This document shows, piece after piece, positions 17,844 through 24,000 of a DNA stretch of 24,000 bases. The notes under the pieces are model-generated. The model worked only from the letters and a program-made list of their open reading frames with translations, was not told the DNA's origin and searched no databases. Numbering within the stretch: the first letter of the stretch is position 1; each line of letters opens with the position of its first letter. This DNA comes from Bacillota bacterium (lineage in GTDB: Bacteria > Bacillota > DSM-12270 > Thermacetogeniales > Thermacetogeniaceae). The position numbers and the translations under genes are program-made. The stretch spans positions 31,395 through 55,394 of the forward strand of contig JABLXW010000015.1 of the NCBI GenBank assembly GCA_013177945.1, read 5' to 3'.

Positions 17844-18667
17844 GGCTTACCGATGGCCAGATCGTCAGACTGGAGTCATTTACTTTGGTGCGCCCTCGTG
17901 CTGACGAGCCGCCTGAATGGATTTTATCCTTCAGTCCGCTCTCATATTTTGACTTCATCTGCACAAACCTGGCCCTCACCCCTACATTTAAGCCCGTTGT
18001 TCTGCCTGCGCCTGTTTTAGATGCGCTTAACAAGCACCGGGCGAATGTCGAGCAAAAAATAACCTTTAGAGAAGTACTGGACTGTTCTTGCCTGGGCAAC
18101 GGGCTGACCCTGCACCTGAACGTGATCGACGCGGATAACAAGCTGCTCGTCGGGCGCCGTCCCAAAGACCTCCCGATTTACGGCGGGAAGCTGGTTACTT
18201 CTGTCACCGGCGCCGTGAGCTGGAACGACCGGAGGTGTGAAGGGGTGCCGCCGGATCCTTTCCTGGCTGCCGTAAGGGAGGCCCGTGAGGAAACGGGCAT
18301 CACATTGCTCAAACGCGATGTTTTCTTCTACGCTCTGGGAATGCAGGGAGACCAGCGGCATCCTCTGCTGTTAGGTGCGGTCAGGCTGGAAGACAGGCTG
18401 GAGAATGTTCTCAAAACCTGCCGGGATGCCTGGGAAAACGAGGTGTTTTATTACCTGGACCTGGACGATCTTGATACCTGCGCTGCGGTTCTCGTTTACG
18501 GCGACTGGATACCCGCCAGCGCCGTTGCCGTGGCCTTGTCCCTGCTGGACCAGCACGGCTATAAAAGCGTTGAGGATGCCTTCAACCGGGCCGAGCAGCG
18601 GAAGTACAAGGCGTGGCTTTCGAGGACGCCCTGGCACCGGCGGAAAAGATGGTCTTTGCTGGCTTAA
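17792..18667 (+). CDS. NUDIX-domain protein, SMODS-associated NUDIX / Cap16-like
   Basis: DPFLAAVREAREETGITLLKRDVFFYALG (REUxEExGU half of NUDIX box); fusion/overlap with the 2TM ORF; weak TTG start. Confidence 0.6.
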   Translation: MPYRETIVEAYSREGFLRLTDGQIVRLESFTLVRPRADEPPEWILSFSPLSYFDFICTNLALTPTFKPVVLPAPVLDALNKHRANVEQKITFREVLDCSCLGNGLTLHLNVIDADNKLLVGRRPKDLPIYGGKLVTSVTGAVSWNDRRCEGVPPDPFLAAVREAREETGITLLKRDVFFYALGMQGDQRHPLLLGAVRLEDRLENVLKTCRDAWENEVFYYLDLDDLDTCAAVLVYGDWIPASAVAVALSLLDQHGYKSVEDAFNRAEQRKYKAWLSRTPWHRRKRWSLLA

Positions 18668-18840
18668 GCGAGGTTTTGCTTTAAATCAGGGACAGCGGCT
18701 ATGTTAAGAAAAAAGCAGGAAACATAGGGTCTCTGTTGAATATGTAATAATTGACAAATGAACCGTTAAAAAGAAGTTTTTTGGGACCTAGATATAGTGA
18801 AGTGATAGCTTTTCGAAATTCTTTTTTCCAATGCTGAAGG

Positions 18841-19116
18841 GTGGCATTAATGCCTATGACTAGATATTCCGATTATTATTTTTTTCGATATTTTATTCTG
18901 CCAGCTGTACAAATCAGTTTTAATTTTGAAGACGATCAAAGCGAACTGAAACCTAAAGATAGGATCAAAAGGGCCATTGATGTGCTGGAAGAAAAAAGGA
19001 AAATAACAGAAGTATTTAAAAACCGTAAGTATTTGCTCTATTTTTCAAAAGGGCGCAATGTTTGGGGGCACCTTCGCATTCTTCGCATTATAGATCAGGA
19101 AACTGGTATAATATAA
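18841..19116 (+). other. Short unidentified ORF running into the duplicated promoter cassette
   Basis: MTRYSDYYFFRYFILPAVQISFNFEDDQSELKPKDRIKRAIDVLEEKRKITEVFKNRKYLLYFSKG, then repeat sequence. Confidence 0.3.
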
Positions 19117-19155
19117 CTGGTATGAATGTAGATGAAAATAAGAGTTCGTGGAGGT
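19048..19155 (+). promoter_or_regulatory. Duplicated promoter/leader cassette, copy 2
   Basis: aaagggcgcaatgtttgggggcaccttcgcattcttcgcattatagatcaggaaactggtataatataactggtatgaatgtagatgaaaataagagttcgtggaggt. Confidence 0.65.
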
Positions 19156-19164
19156 AAGAGGAGC

Positions 19165-19440
19165 GTGAAAGATATGAAACAGCGCGTCGTCGTGCGGGTG
19201 GAAATCTTCCGCGAAGGTGATCTGTACGTGGGTCTCTGCCCAGACTTGGAAGTCTCAAGCTTTGGGGAGACGATCACCGAAGCGAAGGATTCTCTTCGAG
19301 AGGCTTTGGAGGCTTTCCTCGAGGAATGTGAAGCGATGGGGACCCTGGAGGAGGTTTTAGAGGAAGCGGGCTACCTCCGGCAGGATGGGACTTGGCTACC
19401 GCGTCAACCGGTCTCAGCTGAACTGGTCGCCCTCGGGTAA
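19165..19440 (+). CDS. hicB: HicB-family antitoxin
   Basis: MKQRVVVRVEIFREGDLYVGLCPDLEVSSFGETITEAKDSLREALEAFLEE. Confidence 0.88.
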   Translation: MKDMKQRVVVRVEIFREGDLYVGLCPDLEVSSFGETITEAKDSLREALEAFLEECEAMGTLEEVLEEAGYLRQDGTWLPRQPVSAELVALG

Positions 19441-19448
19441 ACAGGGTT

Positions 19449-19688
19449 ATGGCTTCTCGTAAGATTACACCCATTCCCTATCAGAAGCTGGTAAAAATTT
19501 TCGAGCTAGACGGCTTTACCATCAAACGCCAAAAGGGGGACCACCTGATTTTGACGAAGCCAGGGGCGAAGCGACCGGTTGTGATTAAGAAAAGCCCACG
19601 TGAGGTGCCTGTAACCCACATCTTAACGAATTTAAAAACCGCAGGGATGAGTCGTGAGCGCTATTTGGAACTGCGGGCTCAGGTATAG
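19449..19688 (+). CDS. hicA: HicA-family toxin
   Basis: MASRKITPIPYQKLVKIFELDGFTIKRQKGDHLILTKPGAKRPVVI. Confidence 0.88.
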   Translation: MASRKITPIPYQKLVKIFELDGFTIKRQKGDHLILTKPGAKRPVVIKKSPREVPVTHILTNLKTAGMSRERYLELRAQV

Positions 19689-19813
19689 TGCTGGAGCCGC
19701 GGGTTCCCGCGCCTGCCGAGACTTTGGCAACTTTCAAGACCCTTTTCAGGAGGTACTCTCCCGAGCGCGTCCTCTGGCGCTACGACCCGATTGTTTTGAG
19801 CAAGTTCACCCTG
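19688..19813 (+). pseudogene. Short DUF1848-like fragment
   Basis: LEPRVPAPAETLATFKTLFRRYSPERVLWRYDPIVLSKF; 'PERVxWRYDPIxxS' is characteristic of DUF1848. Confidence 0.5.
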
Positions 19814-19814
19814 C

Positions 19815-19914
19815 CAGCGGGGGAACTGTGGTCACGGGGGACCCCGAGTTTAAAAAGGCGCAAGGGGTCGCGCCGGTTCACTGGCTCCCGGAAAAACCCA
19901 GATAACGCTAACCC
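19815..19914 (+). pseudogene. 3'-end remnant of a VapC gene, near-duplicate of 10649..10752
   Basis: agcgggggaactgtggtcacgggggaccccgagtttaaaaaggc...ggggtcgcgccggttcactggctcccggaaaaaccca. Confidence 0.85.
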
Positions 19915-22196
19915 CGATGTTGTCCTGGCCCGCCGGGGGGCGTGTTCTCTTTCAAAACATCCTTTAGAAATCTTCCTAACGCTTTCCTCCCTTCCCTGGC
20001 GGGTTTTGCAGATTCCATCTGATACTGTTCGATTTCCGGCCCATTTTCCGGGTTCCAATCAACAAAATTTAAAATGTGCATTTTCTTTCCCTGGGGCGGT
20101 ATGAGGAAATCCATTAACCTGTGGGTTAGTTCCTCATGGTGGCTCACGATAAACAGTTGGCGCCGCGGGCTGTCATCATCGCCGGTCCCATAAACGATTT
20201 GCCTTAACAGTGCAGCCTCCCGGGGTAGCTGTGCCATGTCGAAGGATGTCGTGGTATCATCCAGGGCAATGATCCCGTGACGCAAAAAACTGATATCCAG
20301 GGATATGTTCAGCCCCAGGAGCAGCGAAAGGGCAAGTTGAGACTGCTGCCCTGTAGAAAGTGAGGTTAAAGTGCGACCGTCTGCGGTTTTAAATTCCCAG
20401 ATTCCCTGTTGATTTCTTCCTTGTTTTCTTTGCGAGCTTTGGATTCTCACAGGGAGAATACCCCGAACCAGGCGAAACCTGTAGAGAATTTTGTTTATCA
20501 ATTCTGCAAGCTTTTGGGCTTCGCTATCCGGAACCTGACGGATGCTTTCTAGAACTGATTTCTCCGGTGTAATCTCCCTATTCAATGCATCCTTCAAAAT
20601 TCTAATTTGCTCTTTTGCCTTCCTGTATTGGCCCGACTTCTTCAGTTGTTCCTGGCGATTCAGGTCTCTTTTTTCAACGTCAATCCATTTGTCCAAAGCC
20701 TTTAGAATGTCATCGGCCAATTTAACAGGATGCGTTTCAGATTTTGATGTGGCATCGCGAAAAGCCTGACCGGCTTCGAGTTTCGCTCTCTGTCCGGCCC
20801 TTTCCTGCGCTTTTTTTAGAAGTTCCTGCGCGTCGGCAGAAGTATTTGCCATCTTCTTGATTTCTTCGAGTATATCAATGGTTGTCTTGCACTCAGAAAG
20901 CTCTCTTTCCTGTTTATTAACAGCTGTTGAAAGCCTGCTTCGCTCGTTTTCCACCTGTTCCTGCCAGCTTGCCAATATTTCATCGAGGTGCTTTCCATTA
21001 ACAGCAAGGGAAGTATAGGCTGTATTAAGCCAATTCATAACTTCCACAGGTGGACGCATATATTCATTATTGGAACCAACATCTAATTGTTGCCATTCGT
21101 GCCCGTGCTGGCGAAGTGATTGCATAATTTCCAGCAAACCGGGCCCTTCAGGACTCTTGAAATGATTCTCCACTTTTAACAGCAATTGAAGCCTTTCTTT
21201 GTTTTTGGCCAACTCTTTCCCCAACTCCAGGCAGTTATTCTTCAAAGCGTCAATTTGTTTCAATTTCAGTATATTCGTGGCGTCGGGAAGGCTGGCGATC
21301 AGGTGATTCAGCCGTTCCGCCGTATCGCTTTTTGGGAGGATATGCTTTATTTTGAGCTCATTGATGAGGGTTTGAAAGTATATCAAGGTGGATGTTATAT
21401 TCATGTCTTCGCTTGGTTTCTGCAGGCCCATATAATTGCTGAAGCTGAGAGTAAAATCGGCGAGCTTTTTTTGCCAGTCCTTTCTCAAGTCTCCCCCGGT
21501 CTTTAAGACGTCGATGACGGGAAGTTCCCGTGGTGCAATATTGAAATTTTCCACTACAAAGATGAGTTGCCGCCATAAATCTGTTACGCTGCGAGCAATT
21601 TCCTCCCTCTCTTTGTTTAATGCCGCCTCGCTTTCAACTCCGGTTATGACCAGCGTTCTCTCCTTTTGCTCTACTTGTTTTAGGGCCTCTTTAAGCGCGG
21701 AACGCGCTACTTCAACCTCCTCAGGTGGGGGCGCCAGAAAGTCCTTAAGGGTTGTTCCTCGTGTAAAATTATCAAAAGTCTCCTCAACCAGATCCTGATA
21801 GAAAAAACTTGCCTTTGCTGTAATTTCTCTTGCAGAAGGTGATCGATGCCAGATCGGGTCGCTGCATTCGGGGGAACCTTTTTTAGGAACAGTAACCGTC
21901 ACATTTTTTTCAGCACCACTTGTTTTTAAGATGGTTGCTTCTAACGTAGTCTTTTCAGGGAAGTACTTTATCTCTGGCAATTCAAAGATAACAGGTTCCC
22001 TGAGCGGGTGAAGGTGACCTGTAAGGAGCAGGCAGAGCGCATCGATCAAGCTGGTTTTACCGAATCCGTTGGGCCCGGTAATTAAAACAACATCTGCATC
22101 GGTGTTTAACGGTTTATTAAGCTTTTTTATCCCGCGAAAATCGCAGATGTTGATAGACTTAACTCTTAAAATACCTTCATTACTGGTGGTAAACAT
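19908..22196 (-). CDS. SMC/Rad50-like ATPase, candidate defence ATPase
   Basis: INICDFRGIKKLNK, Walker A GPNGFGKTSLIDAL, coiled coil, signature LTSLSTGQQSQLALSLLLG, Walker B-like IIALDDTTTSFD, LFIVSHHEEL. Confidence 0.85.
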   Translation of the reverse strand: MFTTSNEGILRVKSINICDFRGIKKLNKPLNTDADVVLITGPNGFGKTSLIDALCLLLTGHLHPLREPVIFELPEIKYFPEKTTLEATILKTSGAEKNVTVTVPKKGSPECSDPIWHRSPSAREITAKASFFYQDLVEETFDNFTRGTTLKDFLAPPPEEVEVARSALKEALKQVEQKERTLVITGVESEAALNKEREEIARSVTDLWRQLIFVVENFNIAPRELPVIDVLKTGGDLRKDWQKKLADFTLSFSNYMGLQKPSEDMNITSTLIYFQTLINELKIKHILPKSDTAERLNHLIASLPDATNILKLKQIDALKNNCLELGKELAKNKERLQLLLKVENHFKSPEGPGLLEIMQSLRQHGHEWQQLDVGSNNEYMRPPVEVMNWLNTAYTSLAVNGKHLDEILASWQEQVENERSRLSTAVNKQERELSECKTTIDILEEIKKMANTSADAQELLKKAQERAGQRAKLEAGQAFRDATSKSETHPVKLADDILKALDKWIDVEKRDLNRQEQLKKSGQYRKAKEQIRILKDALNREITPEKSVLESIRQVPDSEAQKLAELINKILYRFRLVRGILPVRIQSSQRKQGRNQQGIWEFKTADGRTLTSLSTGQQSQLALSLLLGLNISLDISFLRHGIIALDDTTTSFDMAQLPREAALLRQIVYGTGDDDSPRRQLFIVSHHEELTHRLMDFLIPPQGKKMHILNFVDWNPENGPEIEQYQMESAKPAREGRKALGRFLKDVLKENTPPGGPGQHRG

Positions 22197-22246
22197 GTTC
22201 CCCCCTAACCCCCCTGTGTTAAAATACCCGTTCGTTTTTGCTATGT

Positions 22247-22984
22247 TTATTTCTCTCCGGCAATTCTGTCGATTTCTGAGAGCGATTCAGCAGTCCACTC
22301 TAATATTGCGTCTTTAATAGAGTTGCCGGTTTCCCAGGATTGGATTATTGTGTTCATTAACTCCCGGTGTTTGTCAGTTGATTTTTCAGACCTGTATGTG
22401 TCTTTCAACATTTTGAGATATACCTTTGATTCAAGTTGTTTTATTTTATCCGACTCTGTCCAGAGGGCGGTTGCGCCGGATAGCAGAGAGTAGATAACCT
22501 TTGTCTCATCACCGCTTGGAGCATAAAACAGGGAAAAATCGCCGCGATGCCAGTCCTGATCTGCCGCCCATAAGGTTACATCGTTTTCCAGGATCTCCTC
22601 ATCCATGCCTTCAACGGGAGAAATAACTCCTATTACCGGTACTATCACCCCTTGCTGCTCTGCATAGCCGCTTAGCAATCGCAGAATCCCGGCAATTGCT
22701 TCTTTAATTTCAGAAATGCTGTCATGAAGCTTCTGTGTTGCTAGTTTTACGGTAAAGTGCACGGCGAGTGCCACATCGGTAAGGTAAACCTCACTGACGG
22801 CCAGGAGTTTTTCATCTCTTTCTAGTAGTGAGGATACAAGCCTGTTTTTTGTGTTCTTATCAAGCTTAAGCCGCCAGTTGGCAATTGACTTTGGATCAAT
22901 TACGATATCCTCATACAAAGCGATCACCCTGCTATAAGATTTTCTTTGCCCGCCATCTAATCCCGCGGCGAGCATTGGCCGCAA
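22247..22984 (-). CDS. Unknown 225-245 aa protein, second gene of SMC-like operon
   Basis: Same strand, 50 bp upstream of the ATPase start; GTG 22927 is a plausible start (VIALYEDIVIDPKSIANWRL). Confidence 0.65.
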   Translation of the reverse strand: MRPMLAAGLDGGQRKSYSRVIALYEDIVIDPKSIANWRLKLDKNTKNRLVSSLLERDEKLLAVSEVYLTDVALAVHFTVKLATQKLHDSISEIKEAIAGILRLLSGYAEQQGVIVPVIGVISPVEGMDEEILENDVTLWAADQDWHRGDFSLFYAPSGDETKVIYSLLSGATALWTESDKIKQLESKVYLKMLKDTYRSEKSTDKHRELMNTIIQSWETGNSIKDAILEWTAESLSEIDRIAGEK

Positions 22985-24000
22985 TAAGCTTAGCCGCTCT
23001 CAACGATGCGAAGAACTTTTCTCTTGTTGCATCAACGCTCGATGGTGCTTTGGAATCCCAGCAGAAGATGTCTCTAAAAGGGAGTTTGTAAATAGTAACC
23101 CTCTTTTTCATATTGAGTTCCCGGGCACTATTTGATTCCTGGAGATCGACTTTTTGGTGGATAATTTCCGCTCGTTCTACTGATTTAGAACTGACAACGA
23201 TTCCAATGCTGATGTTGTTGTTAAGCAAAACATTTTTATTTCCAAGAGCTTTTTGCAGCACGCTTGTATCGTGAACAATAAAAACCGGCAGGTTCGCAAA
23301 GATTTTCAGGATGAAAAGGTTATTCTCAATACACACCACCCTGTTTATTTCTTCCCATTTCCTTCTATTGCCGGCAACGAAAAAGAGGATTAAAAGAACC
23401 AGGGGAAGCAGTACGGGCTTTTCTAGCAATGGCAGGTAGGCCCCCGGGTTGCAGTATGTTCTGCTGTACCTGATGCAGTTTATCCATTTTGTTAGTGTAG
23501 TTACATGTAAATGGTTATCTAGTGCCAGCAGTTGCGGGAAACGCCCGAAGGGTGCTTTGGCAGGGGCGAGCCAGTTAGTAAAATCGGACAGCAAAGCGTC
23601 TACAGGGTGAATGCAAGAAGAGAGGTAAGCATAAAACGGAGTATCCGGTCTACAGCATTTTTTAAACAGCTGCCAAAAAGCTGCCTGGTATACTTTTTCC
23701 CAAAATACGTCAGCTGACAAACAACTATCTTTGATTCCTGGATCGAGATCTTTGGCATCAGCGCCCGTAAATACATTTTTGTGGATATTGCAGTAAGCCA
23801 GGGAATCGTTGTGTGCAATGGCGTAAGAATGAAGAATTTGCACCTGGTTAAAGGTGAGGTTGCATTCATACGCAGCTATGAAAGGGGCGTTAGGCAGATT
23901 CCAGCAGGATCTTTGTTTTGCTTGGCGGCCTCCGGGCCTCCTTCCGTTAATACATTCCGAATTTTGAAATTCCTCTGCAATTTGCAGGACAGTATGTCTT
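22932..24000 (-). CDS. Unknown protein with hydrophobic segment; 5' end beyond window
   Basis: Frame stays open upstream of 23843 to the window edge (manual: RHTVLQIAEEFQNSECINGRRPGG...YECNLTFNQVQILHSYAIAHND...); LLPLVLLILFFVAG possible TM. Confidence 0.6.
   Translation of the reverse strand, partial: RHTVLQIAEEFQNSECINGRRPGGRQAKQRSCWNLPNAPFIAAYECNLTFNQVQILHSYAIAHNDSLAYCNIHKNVFTGADAKDLDPGIKDSCLSADVFWEKVYQAAFWQLFKKCCRPDTPFYAYLSSCIHPVDALLSDFTNWLAPAKAPFGRFPQLLALDNHLHVTTLTKWINCIRYSRTYCNPGAYLPLLEKPVLLPLVLLILFFVAGNRRKWEEINRVVCIENNLFILKIFANLPVFIVHDTSVLQKALGNKNVLLNNNISIGIVVSSKSVERAEIIHQKVDLQESNSARELNMKKRVTIYKLPFRDIFCWDSKAPSSVDATREKFFASLRAAKLIAANARRGIRWRAKKIL

Noticed and set aside
19908-22196. ATPase as Wadjet JetC, DndD or housekeeping SbcC
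   Set aside because: Size and partners do not fit: no JetA/B/D-like or DndB/C/E-like neighbours, and no SbcD nuclease beside it. This is a weak exclusion because upstream genes are off-window.

Overview
24 kb window, probably from a Clostridia-like (Firmicutes) genome; this taxonomic guess is inference from gene content. Left part: an exopolysaccharide end (partial Wzz/GNVR protein, CapD/WbpM-like epimerase), then a leftward set (ComK-like protein, N-acetylmuramoyl-L-alanine amidase, YvrJ, DUF2922, DUF1659). From about 5.3 to 19.9 kb lies a dense accessory island of small toxin-antitoxin (TA) modules: MNT/HEPN pairs, AbrB/VapC, two RHH/PIN pairs, two DUF433/DUF5615 pairs, DUF2283/BECR-like, and HicBA. 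Many are truncated, and dispersed hairpin repeats sit at some of the break points. The island also holds a TnpB C-terminal remnant with an IS200/IS605-like right end, an N-truncated Rpn-family fragment, and a 2TM+NUDIX gene (Cap16/Sa_NUDIX-like, apparently frameshifted) with no CD-NTase nearby. The right end is a leftward operon: an SMC/Rad50-like ATPase, a 245-aa unknown, and a partly off-window unknown protein with a possible transmembrane segment. This resembles the layout of Lamassu/ABC-3C defence systems and is the best candidate for an undescribed system. All family calls are from reading the sequence; no search was run.
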